A DNA stretch of 34,012 nucleotides from a virus (IMGVR_UViG_3300036982_000376:1-34012), one strand, 5' to 3'; shown: positions 13,976-23,603, counted from the stretch's first letter. Notes: generated by a model from the letters alone, not told the origin. Program-made: numbers and translations.

Positions 13976-16900
13976 CCCTGATCTCTAGGCTCAAGGCGTT
14001 CCTCAACGACAATCCCTCGAAGGTGCTGGTCGGCAGCTCCGCGAGCCTGCTCGGTCGCGATGTGAAGCGCCCCGACTTCAGCCACGCCGCAGCGGTCGCG
14101 CACTGCCGTTCGTGGGTCTACGCCGCCGCGCGGCTCAACGCGATCGCCGTCGCATCGCAGCCGCTGCGCCTCTATGTGCGACGCCGCGACGGCGCGAAGC
14201 GCCTCTGGAACACGCGCAGGACGGGACGCCGCACGAAGGCGTACCTGGCCGGCGACCTCTCGCAACTCCCGTCGCGTCACGCGATGACCAAGGCCGCGGA
14301 GTTCGGCGACGACTACGAGATCGTCACCGAGAACCATCCGGTCTTGGAACTCCTGTCGAAGGTCAACCCGTACCAGAACGGCTTCGACGCGACCGTCCTG
14401 CGCGTGCTGTACACCGAACTCACGGGCAACGCATACCTGCACCCCGTGCTATCTAACACGACCGATGTTCCCGTGCAGTTGTGGACGCTGCCGAGCCAGT
14501 GGGTCGAGATCGTGCCGGGCGACCCACGCCGCGGCGAGCCGTTCATCCGCGGCTACCGCTACGGCGCGACCGAGCCGCAGAAGGTCGACTTCGCGCCCGA
14601 GGAGATCATCCAGTTCAAACTGCCGAACCCGGGCGACATGTACTACGGACTCGGCAAGGTCGAGGCCGCGTGGGGCGCTGTGACATCCAATGTCGCGCTG
14701 CACGAGATGGACTACTTCTTCTTCCAGAACAAGTCGCGGCCCGACTACCTCGTCGTTGCGAAGGGCAACGCGAGCGAGGAAGAGCTCGACAGGTTCAGCG
14801 CGGAGGTGGAGAACAAGCTCCGCGGCACGAAGAAGACGGGGAAGTTCCTCGCCGTCACTGGCGACATCGACCTGAAGCCGCTTCAGTTCCCGCCGAAGGA
14901 CTTGCAGGGGCGCGACGAGGTGGTCGAGGAGATCGCCGCGGTGTTCGGCGTTCCCGTGTCGATGCTTCGCGCGAACGACCCGAACCTCGCGAGCGCGACG
15001 GTCGGCTTCGCTTCGTGGAAGGAGACGACGGTCCTTCCGATGCTCCGCATGGACGAGGAGGTGCTGAACCAGTCGCTCCTACCGCTGTTCGGCATCGAGG
15101 ACGACGCGTTCCTCGCCTACGACAACCCCGTCAAGGCCGACGAGGCGCAGGAGACGAGCAAGCGCCTGTCCTATGTGCAGGGCGGCATCCTGACGGCGAA
15201 CGAAGCGCGCGAGATGGAGGGTCTCGAGAAGTCCGACGACCCGAACGCGGATCGGCTGCTGATCGGCGGTCAGCCGCTCGGCGGCGCGCCCGCGCCGGCG
15301 GCGTCTCCGTTTGCCATCGGCGCGCGTCCGCAGGAGCCCACGGCTGCGACATCCACGCCGCCCGCAGGAGAGGCCATCGCCGATACCGCTCTCAATGGAG
15401 CACAGGTGACGAGCCTTGTCGACCTCGCAACCGCTGTCGGCACAGGCCAGTTGCCGAAGGACACCGCGATTGCGATCGCGGCATCTGCGTTCCCGGCGAT
15501 CGCGTCCGAGCAGATCCGCGCCATGTTCGATCCGATCCCTGACGCGCCCGCGCAGCCGGCAGCGCAGCCGCGTCAAGACGCCGCGCTGACATTCGGGACG
15601 GCTACGGACACCGAGACGAAGTCGATCGAGACGAAGGACGCGCTCGGCGACTGCGTCAGCGCGAAGATCCCGAAGCTGCTGGACGAGGGCTACGAGCAGG
15701 ATCAGGCGGTCGCGATCGCGTACTCGATGTGCAGCGGCAAGGGTCTCGAGGAGTCGATCGGCAAGGCCGTGTCGGACATCGACACGAAGCCGCCCGGGTC
15801 GGTCGCGCAGAACGCGCGGCGCGCACTCGAGGTCCGCGAGACGAAGCCCGAGTCCGAGCGCGGCATGACAGAGATCGGAATCGCCAGGGCGCGCGACATC
15901 GCGAACCGCGCGAACCTGAGCGAGGACACCATCCGCCGGATGGTCGCGTACTTCGAGCGCCATGAGTCCGACAAGCAGGGCGAGACTTGGGACGATCAGG
16001 GCAAGGGCTGGCAGGCGTGGAACGGCTGGGGCGGCGACGAGGGCTTTGCGTGGGCAAAGGCCAAGGTCGAGGAGTTCGACAACGCCCGCGAGAAGAAGTC
16101 TTGCGGCTGCGGATGCGCCAAGACCAAGCAGGCAGATGGTGTGTTTCACCGCACGGTGAAGCAGTCCGAGTTCGTCGGCAAGCACTTGACCGACTTCGGC
16201 GCGTGGCTCAAGGTCAAGAGCGCCGAGAAGGAAGCCGAGAAGATCGGCAAGGCCGAGGCCGAGGCTGCAGCCAAGGTGTCGCGCGTGTTCGACAAGCAAG
16301 TTTCCGATCTGCTCGACGCGCTCGCGAAGGCCGAGCGACCGACGCGCCAGCTGATCGCAGAGGCCGAACGGCTGCTTCGGCAGCGCGCCTATCAGGCCGC
16401 GCTTGTCGATGCGCTCTCGCCGTACATCCGCGAGGCCATCGCAACGGGAGTCGACATCGGTCTTGACACCGTCACGAAGATCGCCCCGACCGTCGACTTT
16501 GAGGCCGAGCGCGAAGACCTCGCGAGGTACGCGGAGACGGAGTCCGTCAGGCTGTCGCGGCGCACCGCCGCCGGCGTGGCCGAGACGCAGTCCGTGCGCG
16601 TGCGCGAGGTGCTGGGGCAGGGGCTTGAGCAAGGCGAGTCGATCGACCAGTTGGCGACCCGCGTGCAGGACTGGGCTGCGTCTCAGAAGGACGAGGACGG
16701 GTCGTGGAGCCGCGCGACGACCATCGCGCGCACCGAGGCCATGCGCGCCGCGCGAACCGCCGAGGTCGAGGCGTGGACTGCCACGGGCATCGTCACGGGC
16801 AAGACTTGGCTTCTCGCTCCAGATCCCTGCGAGTTCTGCGAGGCGGTCGCCAAGCAGTTCGGCGAGAAGTCGATCGGCGTCGGAGACACATTCTTTCAGA

Positions 16901-17124
16901 AGGGCGATCTGATCTTCGGTGTTCCCGATGAAAACGGAAAGCGGCGCGAGATGCTCCTCGACTACGAGGATGTCGACGGGCCTCCGCTCCACCCGAACTG
17001 CCGCTGCTCGATGCTTCCCGAGGTCGGCGAGGAGTTCCGACCGAGCGAGTCCGACGAGCAGATCATGGCGCGCATCGAGGAAGCGCGCAGGCAGCGCGAG
17101 GCGCAGGAGCGAGGAACCACATGA
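13972..17124 (+). CDS. portal protein fused to extra domains and a MuF (SPP1 gp7-like) head morphogenesis domain, 1050 aa
   Basis: HK97-type portal motifs (WVYAAARLNA, LTGNAY, YYGLGKV, EEIAAVFGVP, GILTANEAR); C-terminal RATTIARTE, KTW, CEFC, PPLHPNCRC. Confidence 0.9.
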   Translation: MTLISRLKAFLNDNPSKVLVGSSASLLGRDVKRPDFSHAAAVAHCRSWVYAAARLNAIAVASQPLRLYVRRRDGAKRLWNTRRTGRRTKAYLAGDLSQLPSRHAMTKAAEFGDDYEIVTENHPVLELLSKVNPYQNGFDATVLRVLYTELTGNAYLHPVLSNTTDVPVQLWTLPSQWVEIVPGDPRRGEPFIRGYRYGATEPQKVDFAPEEIIQFKLPNPGDMYYGLGKVEAAWGAVTSNVALHEMDYFFFQNKSRPDYLVVAKGNASEEELDRFSAEVENKLRGTKKTGKFLAVTGDIDLKPLQFPPKDLQGRDEVVEEIAAVFGVPVSMLRANDPNLASATVGFASWKETTVLPMLRMDEEVLNQSLLPLFGIEDDAFLAYDNPVKADEAQETSKRLSYVQGGILTANEAREMEGLEKSDDPNADRLLIGGQPLGGAPAPAASPFAIGARPQEPTAATSTPPAGEAIADTALNGAQVTSLVDLATAVGTGQLPKDTAIAIAASAFPAIASEQIRAMFDPIPDAPAQPAAQPRQDAALTFGTATDTETKSIETKDALGDCVSAKIPKLLDEGYEQDQAVAIAYSMCSGKGLEESIGKAVSDIDTKPPGSVAQNARRALEVRETKPESERGMTEIGIARARDIANRANLSEDTIRRMVAYFERHESDKQGETWDDQGKGWQAWNGWGGDEGFAWAKAKVEEFDNAREKKSCGCGCAKTKQADGVFHRTVKQSEFVGKHLTDFGAWLKVKSAEKEAEKIGKAEAEAAAKVSRVFDKQVSDLLDALAKAERPTRQLIAEAERLLRQRAYQAALVDALSPYIREAIATGVDIGLDTVTKIAPTVDFEAEREDLARYAETESVRLSRRTAAGVAETQSVRVREVLGQGLEQGESIDQLATRVQDWAASQKDEDGSWSRATTIARTEAMRAARTAEVEAWTATGIVTGKTWLLAPDPCEFCEAVAKQFGEKSIGVGDTFFQKGDLIFGVPDENGKRREMLLDYEDVDGPPLHPNCRCSMLPEVGEEFRPSESDEQIMARIEEARRQREAQERGTT

Positions 17125-17789
17125 CCACGATCACGCGCAAGGCGCTCACGGCTGAACTCAAGGGAACGGCAAAGGGCTTCGCCGCGGTCATCACCGCGGA
17201 GACGCTCGACCGCGACGGCGAGGTTCTGATCCCGCAGGGCATGAACTCCGTCGAGTTCGAGAAGAACCCGACGCTCTTCTGGAACCACGACTACGCGCAG
17301 CCTGTCGGACGATGCAACGGCCTCAAGCGCAAGGAGTCCACGATCGTCGGGGACTTCACCTTTGCGCAGCGACCGGACGGCTACGGCGGCGAGTTCTTCC
17401 CCGAGGTCGCGGCGGCGCTCGTCGGACAGGGGATCGTCAACGCGGTCAGCGTCGGCTATGTCCCCGAGGACGGCGGCGTCCGCCGCGCGACGGAGGTCGA
17501 CCGCAAGAAGTACGGCGACCGCGTGCACACCGTCTACTCCCGCTGGAAGCTGCTCGAGGTCAGCCTCGCTCCGCTCCAGGCGAACCCCGACGCGCTGATC
17601 ACCGCGGTGAAGAAGGGCATGATGTCGCCCGTCGCTGCGAAGCGTTGGTTCGGCATCGACGCGCCGAAGCGAACGGTCGTGACGGTGTCCGTCCCCGTGC
17701 CCTCAACCAAGGACGCGGGCCGTCCGATTGATGTAGACGAGGTCGTGCGCCGCGAGATCGCTCGCGCGCAGGGCCGCATCTATCTCTGA
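17121..17789 (+). CDS. HK97-family prohead protease
   Basis: LDRDGEVLIPQG, LFWNHD, AVSVGY, LLEVSLAPLQANPDA. Confidence 0.9.
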   Translation: MTTITRKALTAELKGTAKGFAAVITAETLDRDGEVLIPQGMNSVEFEKNPTLFWNHDYAQPVGRCNGLKRKESTIVGDFTFAQRPDGYGGEFFPEVAAALVGQGIVNAVSVGYVPEDGGVRRATEVDRKKYGDRVHTVYSRWKLLEVSLAPLQANPDALITAVKKGMMSPVAAKRWFGIDAPKRTVVTVSVPVPSTKDAGRPIDVDEVVRREIARAQGRIYL

Positions 17790-17876
17790 TCCGTCCGGGT
17801 CGAGCCTACGGCGAGTCGCCTGCAAGCCTCCCTTGTTCGGTAAGGAAAGATGACCGTCCACAACGGGAGTTGTGAC

Positions 17877-19241
17877 ATGAAGACCATGAACACCAGCGAC
17901 TTCACGGCAGCGCTTGAGCGCGCCGCGAAGATCAAGGGAGAGCCCGGGCTTGTCGCCCAGAAGAAGCTCATCCTCGACAACTACATGATCGTCGACGAGG
18001 CCGGAATGGCCATCGACCCCGAAAGCCTCGATGTGGTGGTGAAGCCCGCCGCCGCCGAGATGGAGAACGACAACATGGATACCGCACAGATCGAAGAGGC
18101 GGTCGCGAAGAGCGTCCGCAAGACCCTCGCCGAGCAGGTCACCTCGAAGGCCTTCGGCGTCACCGCGACCATCGACGCTCCGTGGGAGAAGGCGCGCGTC
18201 TACGGCGGCGTCAAGCACCTCAAGAGCAAGGAAGCCGCGTGGAAGTTCGGCACTTGGTGTCTCGCGGCGATGGGCCACGGCCCGTCTACGGCGCACTGCA
18301 AGAACCACGGCATCTCTCTGATCCGCACCAAGGGACACACCGAGGGCGTGAACAGCGCCGGCGGCTTCCTCGTCCCCGACGAGTTCGAGAACGAATTCAT
18401 CAGCCTCCGCGAGCAGTACGGCGTCTTCCGCCGCAACGCCCGCGTGATGCCGATGGCGAGCGATGTCAAGCGCATCCCGAAGCGCACCAGCACCGTCACC
18501 GCGTACTTCGTCGGCGAGGCTTCGGCCATCACCGAGAGCCAGCAGACCTTCGACAATGTGCAGCTCGTCGTGAAGAAGATCGGCGTGCTCACCACCGTCT
18601 CGTCCGAACTGAACGAGGACGCGGTCGTGAACATCGGCGACGACATCGCGAACGAGATCGCCTACGCGTTCTCTCTCAAGGAGGACGACTGCGGCTTCAA
18701 CGGCGACGGCACATCGACCTACGGCGGCATCGTCGGCCTGTCGGCTGCGCTGTCCGACGCGACCTATCAGGTCAGCGACGGCGGCGCGACGACCTACGCG
18801 GGCGTCACGCTCGCCGAACTCGCGGCCGGTCTCCGCAAGCTTCCCGCGTGGGCAGGACAGCGGAACAACATCAAGGTCTACTGCTCGAAGCAGGCGTACC
18901 ACGCCATCTTCGAGCGCCTCGCGCTCAACGCCGGCGGCAACAACGCCACCGACATCGCGAACGGCCTGACGCAGCCGAAGTGGTACGGCTACCCGATCGA
19001 GTACGCGCAGGTGATCCCCGTCACGGAGTCCGGCGGCGCGACCTTCGCGTACATCGGCGACCTCCAGCAGGCGTGCATCTTCGGCGACCGCCGAGCAAAC
19101 TCGATCGCGTTCTCCGACTCGGCGCTCAACGCGTTCGAGCAGGACGAGATCGCCGTGCGTGGAACCGAGCGCTTCGACATCGTCTGCGCGAATGTGGGCG
19201 GCTCGTCCTCCTACGGCGCGATGGTGAAGATGACGCTCTGA
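17877..19241 (+). CDS. HK97-fold major capsid protein with N-terminal delta-like domain
   Basis: SAGGFLVPDEF, YFVGEASAI, VSSELNED, FNGDG, FEQDEIAVRGTERFD; SD GGGAG before ATG 17877. Confidence 0.95.
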   Translation: MKTMNTSDFTAALERAAKIKGEPGLVAQKKLILDNYMIVDEAGMAIDPESLDVVVKPAAAEMENDNMDTAQIEEAVAKSVRKTLAEQVTSKAFGVTATIDAPWEKARVYGGVKHLKSKEAAWKFGTWCLAAMGHGPSTAHCKNHGISLIRTKGHTEGVNSAGGFLVPDEFENEFISLREQYGVFRRNARVMPMASDVKRIPKRTSTVTAYFVGEASAITESQQTFDNVQLVVKKIGVLTTVSSELNEDAVVNIGDDIANEIAYAFSLKEDDCGFNGDGTSTYGGIVGLSAALSDATYQVSDGGATTYAGVTLAELAAGLRKLPAWAGQRNNIKVYCSKQAYHAIFERLALNAGGNNATDIANGLTQPKWYGYPIEYAQVIPVTESGGATFAYIGDLQQACIFGDRRANSIAFSDSALNAFEQDEIAVRGTERFDIVCANVGGSSSYGAMVKMTL

Positions 19242-19252
19242 TCGTGAACACA

Positions 19253-19292
19253 CTCGCGGGGGCGGCGGGCACGACCCGCCGCCCTGCGCGGG
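19253..19292 (+). promoter_or_regulatory. GC-rich hairpin after capsid gene (mRNA stabiliser or partial terminator)
   Basis: GGGCGGCGGG-CACGA-CCCGCCGCCC stem; no U-tract. Confidence 0.6.
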
Positions 19293-19313
19293 TAGAACTG
19301 GAGAAAAACACCC

Positions 19314-19742
19314 ATGCGACAGAACAGCACTTTCGTGATTGGCGGCGTCAGCGCCACCAACGCTTCTCAGGTCACGGCGTCGTTCGACACCCGTGGCTAC
19401 GGCTACGCTCGGTTCCTCTGCTTTGCCCCGAGCACTGCAGCCGTCCACACGACGATCGCGAACCATGTCCTCGCCGACAGCGACGACAACAGCAACTTCA
19501 CCACGATCAGCACGGCGGCGTATCAGGTCGCGCTGACGCTCCCGACGACCACGGCGTCGGTCAGCACGTCGCTCGCCAAGCTGGTCTACGATGTGGATCT
19601 GCGCGGACGTAAGCGCTACATCCGCGTCACCTTCTCGTCCACCAACACCACGGAGCTGTTCGTGGTGGCGGACCTGTCGGAACCCTCGGACGGCAAGTCC
19701 ACGGCGGCGGAGGTCGGTTCGGCCTTCTACGCCCAGGTCTGA
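19314..19742 (+). CDS. Ser/Thr-rich capsid decoration-like protein
   Basis: Directly after capsid; FDTRGYGYA, SDDNSNFT, YDVDLRGRKRYIRV. Confidence 0.7.
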   Translation: MRQNSTFVIGGVSATNASQVTASFDTRGYGYARFLCFAPSTAAVHTTIANHVLADSDDNSNFTTISTAAYQVALTLPTTTASVSTSLAKLVYDVDLRGRKRYIRVTFSSTNTTELFVVADLSEPSDGKSTAAEVGSAFYAQV

Positions 19743-19765
19743 CGCGCAACGGAGCATTCGCATCC

Positions 19766-19799
19766 GGCGGCCTTGCACCCTTCGGGGTGCAGGGCCGCT
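19766..19799 (+). terminator. strong UUCG hairpin, probable terminator
   Basis: GGCGGCCTTGCACCC-TTCG-GGGTGCAGGGCCGCT, weak T-tract. Confidence 0.7.
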
Positions 19800-19837
19800 T
19801 GCCGTTTGACGATATGATCGGGACAACGGAGGTGCGA

Positions 19838-20857
19838 ATGAACGAACCGAACGAGATCCTCGCGACGGCGATGCCGGGCGAGGAGGTCAAGGCGGCGATG
19901 GCGGCTCAGGGCAACGAGCTCCGCTTCGATGTGCCCGATGTGGACGCGGGGATCGCGCAGTACGAGTCGGGCGAGGGAAGCATCGAGGATCTGCTTCTCG
20001 CGCGCGGGAAGTACCGCTCGATCTGGAACCGCGAGAAGCTCGCGAAGGTGCTGAGCCTCGCGGGATTCGAGATCACGGGCGGTCTCGAGGGGCCGAACTG
20101 GTCGGACGGCAAGGGCTGGCTTCGCGTGATCGCGCGGCGCGTGCAGCGCCCGCGCCCGAAGCTGCCGATGGCGGATGTCGTCGCGATCATGTCGCTCCCG
20201 CGCATCGCGTGGACGGAGAACTTCTCGAGCGTCGCCCAGTCATGCACGCGGCTCGGGATCGACTTCTACAAGGCCACGGGCGTCTTCTGGGGCCAGTGCA
20301 TGCAGCGCGTGATCGAGCAGGCGATCGAGATCCAGAAGAACAAGTATGTCGTGACGATCGACTACGACTCCGTCTTCGACGAGCAGGACATCATCCGGCT
20401 CTGGCAGGTCATGGAGACGCGGCCAGACATCGACGCGCTGTTTCCTCTTCAGATCCAGAGGGAAAAGGACCGCGTTCTTCTTACGATGGTCGACCAGCAT
20501 GGCCGGCGCGTCGAGCGCATCGAGGCGACCGAGTTCCGCCGCGAGGCGATCGAGTGCGAGACGGGGCACTTCGGCCTGACATTCTTCCGCGCGGACGCGC
20601 TGCGCAGGATGCAGAAGCCGTGGTTTCTCGGCACGCCGCTCCCTGACGGCACATGGGGAGACGGGCGCATTGACGACGACATCCACTTCTGGAAGGAGTG
20701 GAACCGCTGCGGGAACAAGTGCTTCGTGTCGCCGCGCGTCAGGATCGGACACCTCCAGCTGAACATCACATGGCCGGGCGAGGATCTTCGGACGATCCAC
20801 CAGTACTGCACTAGGTACAACGACGAAGGACGGCCACCCGAATGCACGAACTACTAG
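19838..20857 (+). CDS. GT-A fold glycosyltransferase with an extra N-terminal domain
   Basis: DxD motif VVTIDYDSVF, GHFGLTFF, KPWF, DDDIHFW, VSPRVRIGH; SD GGAGG. Confidence 0.8.
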   Translation: MNEPNEILATAMPGEEVKAAMAAQGNELRFDVPDVDAGIAQYESGEGSIEDLLLARGKYRSIWNREKLAKVLSLAGFEITGGLEGPNWSDGKGWLRVIARRVQRPRPKLPMADVVAIMSLPRIAWTENFSSVAQSCTRLGIDFYKATGVFWGQCMQRVIEQAIEIQKNKYVVTIDYDSVFDEQDIIRLWQVMETRPDIDALFPLQIQREKDRVLLTMVDQHGRRVERIEATEFRREAIECETGHFGLTFFRADALRRMQKPWFLGTPLPDGTWGDGRIDDDIHFWKEWNRCGNKCFVSPRVRIGHLQLNITWPGEDLRTIHQYCTRYNDEGRPPECTNY

Positions 20858-21102
20858 TCATCCTCCGCAACTGCGCGGTGCATGAGGAGTGGAGCGGACG
20901 GCGGGACTTGAGGCCGGGCACGATCTACAACGCGGACGAGAGGACGGCGCGCTGGCTGCTCGACAGGGGCTTCGCGCGGCGGCTGGTGCAGCCCGCGCCG
21001 CTCTTCGTGGACGCAACCGCGCCGCCCGTGAAGCCGAAGAGAAGCACGAAGAAGAGGGAACCCGATGGCGGTATCAGCGACGGCCCACACGACCCTGCCT
21101 GA
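20842..21102 (+). CDS. small head-associated hypothetical protein
   Basis: PGTIYNADERTARWLLDRGFA pattern with basic tail, typical between capsid and adaptor genes. Confidence 0.6.
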   Translation: MHELLVILRNCAVHEEWSGRRDLRPGTIYNADERTARWLLDRGFARRLVQPAPLFVDATAPPVKPKRSTKKREPDGGISDGPHDPA

Positions 21103-21877
21103 CGCGAAGGCGTTCCTCGGAATCACGGGCGCGTCTTTCGACGCGATCCTCGAGCAGTGCATCGACCGCGCGTCCGCGTGGGTCGACCGCCATTGCGGAC
21201 GGACCTTCAAGGCGGCGCGGTACTACGAGTTCCGCGACGGCGGGAGCGACCGCTTCACGCTGAGGAACCCGCCCGTCCAGGCGGTGTACTTCTGCTCGAC
21301 CACGCGCGAGAGCGTGATCTCGGTCGGCTCGACCACGCCTTCGGACATCGTCGCCGCGGTCTCCGTGGCGAACGGCGAGATGCAGCTGACGCGCCGGCAG
21401 ACGGACGGCACGGAGACGCGGACGGCGCTCTCGCTCGACACCTACGACTCGATCAGCGAACTGGCCGTGGCCGCGTCTGCGGTCGCGGGCTTCTCCGCGA
21501 CGGTCGTGAAGAACGCGCCGAGCCGCTATCTCGCGCGCCTTGCGGGCCGCGATGTGCGCAACGGGTCCGCGCTTCTCGACGGGTTCACCGACTTCTATGC
21601 GGACTACGGTTTGTACGAAGACGCGGGAATCGTGTACGGCGCGAGTTTCGACCGCGCGCGGTCGGTGCTTGTCGACTACCGGGGCGGCTACGAGACGATC
21701 CCAGCGGATGTCGAGCAGGCGACGCTGATGGTCGTCGGGAAGTTCTTCCGCGACAGGACGCGCGACGCGTCGGTGCAGAGCGAGTCGCTCGGCGGCTACT
21801 CGTACTCGCTGCGCTCGGGCGACGAGACGGCGAAGGAGATCGAGTCTCTGCTCGGCCCGTACAAGAGGATTCGATGA
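21065..21877 (+). CDS. head-tail connector (gp6/gp15-like adaptor) with insertion
   Basis: TTLPDAKAFLGI, ASAWVDRHCGRTF, DYRGGYETIPADVEQA, SESLGGYSYS. Confidence 0.85.
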   Translation: MAVSATAHTTLPDAKAFLGITGASFDAILEQCIDRASAWVDRHCGRTFKAARYYEFRDGGSDRFTLRNPPVQAVYFCSTTRESVISVGSTTPSDIVAAVSVANGEMQLTRRQTDGTETRTALSLDTYDSISELAVAASAVAGFSATVVKNAPSRYLARLAGRDVRNGSALLDGFTDFYADYGLYEDAGIVYGASFDRARSVLVDYRGGYETIPADVEQATLMVVGKFFRDRTRDASVQSESLGGYSYSLRSGDETAKEIESLLGPYKRIR

Positions 21878-22254
21878 GCATCGAGGCTCTGGTCAACCGT
21901 TTCGGCCTGACGCTCTACCTGTACCGTCCGACCACGGGCGTGGGCAACGATGGCGAGGTGTCGCGGTCCTATGTTCGCACGGCGGAAATCAAGGGATTCG
22001 TGGACTCGACATCGGAGACGAGCGCGGTCGCATACGGTCGCGCGAACGGACAGACCAGCGCGACGATCTACCTTTCGGGATCGGTGGATGTTCGGATAGA
22101 CGACGAGATCCGCAGCGGCGTCACGGGAACCGTGCGCAACTGGCGCGTCCAGGGCGTGGTGAATCCCGGCGAGACGGTCGCGGCGAACAGCGCGGCGCAT
22201 CTAGCGATGACCGTGGTGACGGCTACCGAGGTCGATCCCGGGGTGACGCTGTGA
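21874..22254 (+). CDS. head closure/stopper protein
   Basis: Position after adaptor, ATGA overlap, beta-rich 126 aa. Confidence 0.7.
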   Translation: MSIEALVNRFGLTLYLYRPTTGVGNDGEVSRSYVRTAEIKGFVDSTSETSAVAYGRANGQTSATIYLSGSVDVRIDDEIRSGVTGTVRNWRVQGVVNPGETVAANSAAHLAMTVVTATEVDPGVTL

Positions 22255-22781
22255 GCGCGTCGTTCACATGGTCTGGCGGTTCGCCCGATGGCGTGCGGAA
22301 GGGCATCAAGGACGGCGTCGTGCTCGGGCTCGTCAATGTCGCCGTTCAGATGCAGAAGTTCGTCCGCAAGAGGCTGTCGATCCCCGGCACGGGCCGACGC
22401 TACCGCGTCGCGCGCGGGACGCGGCGCGGGCGCAACCAGCGCGCTCGCGGATGGCATCAGGCTTCGGCTCCGGGCAACCCGCCCGCCGCGCTGAACGGTT
22501 ACCTGCGCAACTCCTGGACGCTGATCCCTAGCGCGAAGATCGGGGCCGCGACGACGCGGGATCAGGGCTTCGCGTACATCGACGAGAACCGCAGCAGGGG
22601 GACGGTCGTCTATGTCCTCGGCAGCAATCTCGTCTATGCGCGCGCGCTCGAGTTCGGTCACGGAAGGCTGCGGCCACGCCCGTACATCCGCGATGTGGTC
22701 GAGGGTCTGAGGCCTCTTGTTCCCGATCTCGTCTCCAAGGGCATGAAGGCGCACATGCGGCGAATGGGAGGTCGACGGTGA
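22251..22781 (+). CDS. HK97 gp10-like neck/tail completion protein
   Basis: HQASAPGNPPA, GYLRNS, GSNLVYARALEFG, PRPYIR. Confidence 0.8.
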   Translation: MSASFTWSGGSPDGVRKGIKDGVVLGLVNVAVQMQKFVRKRLSIPGTGRRYRVARGTRRGRNQRARGWHQASAPGNPPAALNGYLRNSWTLIPSAKIGAATTRDQGFAYIDENRSRGTVVYVLGSNLVYARALEFGHGRLRPRPYIRDVVEGLRPLVPDLVSKGMKAHMRRMGGRR

Positions 22782-23170
22782 GCCAAGCCATCTTGAACGC
22801 GCTCAAGACGCGTCTGCACGCGACCACGGCGCTGACCACCGTGGTCGGGACGCGGATCTACCTCGATGTCGGCGTGGCGAACGCGCCGCTCCCGCTGCTC
22901 GTCTACCGAGCGACCTCGACGCGGGTCGAGAGGATGATGAGCGTGACGCGGCACACGATGGAGTTCGAGTTCGAGTTTCACTTCTCGAACAGCGGCACGC
23001 AGGACATCCACACGGCGGCGGCTGGGCTCGCGACCGCGCTCTCGACTTCGCTGTCCGTCACGGGATTTGACCGCGCCGTCTTCGTTCGTCAGCAGTCGGG
23101 CGTGCCGTCATTCTCCGACGACGCTTGGACGATGACGGAGACATACAGGGCTACGGCCTTCGACACCTGA
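22778..23170 (+). CDS. tail terminator protein
   Basis: LTTVVGTRIY...APLPLLVY; position before tail tube gene. Confidence 0.75.
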   Translation: MSQAILNALKTRLHATTALTTVVGTRIYLDVGVANAPLPLLVYRATSTRVERMMSVTRHTMEFEFEFHFSNSGTQDIHTAAAGLATALSTSLSVTGFDRAVFVRQQSGVPSFSDDAWTMTETYRATAFDT

Positions 23171-23180
23171 GAGAACCACG

Positions 23181-23600
23181 ATGCCTATCAACACCTACCT
23201 CATTGGCAACGACGGCGCGGTCACCCTCACGGCTGGGACCGTCGTGCAGGTCCGTTCCTACGCCGCGACCCTCGAGCGCCCCGAGAGCGACCTCACGGGC
23301 TTCGCCGACACGGGACGCCGCCGCCGGCTGGGAATGCTCGACCTCACGGGAAGCCTCAGCGGCGTTGCGGCGATCGACTCGACGGCCAGCACGACCTCGT
23401 CGTCGTTCTTCGTCTCGACCGCGACCGCAGCCCTCACGCTGACGCTGTTCGACTCGACCACGACCGCCGACGCGAAGATCGCGGCCAACTGCGTCTTCAA
23501 CGGGTTCGCCTTCAATGTCGACAAGGTCGGAGACAGCACGCTGTCCTGCAACTTCTCGAACGGCGACGGCGCTGCGCCGGTCGTGACCTGGCTCGTCTGA
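23181..23600 (+). CDS. tail tube (major tail) protein, minimal 139 aa
   Basis: IGNDGAV...DLTGFAD...GMLDLTGSLSG; position; Ser/Thr-rich. Confidence 0.75.
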   Translation: MPINTYLIGNDGAVTLTAGTVVQVRSYAATLERPESDLTGFADTGRRRRLGMLDLTGSLSGVAAIDSTASTTSSSFFVSTATAALTLTLFDSTTTADAKIAANCVFNGFAFNVDKVGDSTLSCNFSNGDGAAPVVTWLV

Positions 23601-23603
23601 CGC

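Noticed and set aside
19260-19284. Post-capsid hairpin as a member of the ATGAY-loop family
   Set aside because: The loop is CACGA in a different register; treated as a separate stabilising hairpin despite a similar downstream GGTAGAACTGGAGA.
15079-19826. Long minus-strand ORFs (15079..16992, 17703..19826; also 8249..9619, 9571..11049, 28940..30382)
   Set aside because: Antisense shadows of high-GC3 structural genes, with Arg/Val-rich non-protein-like composition.
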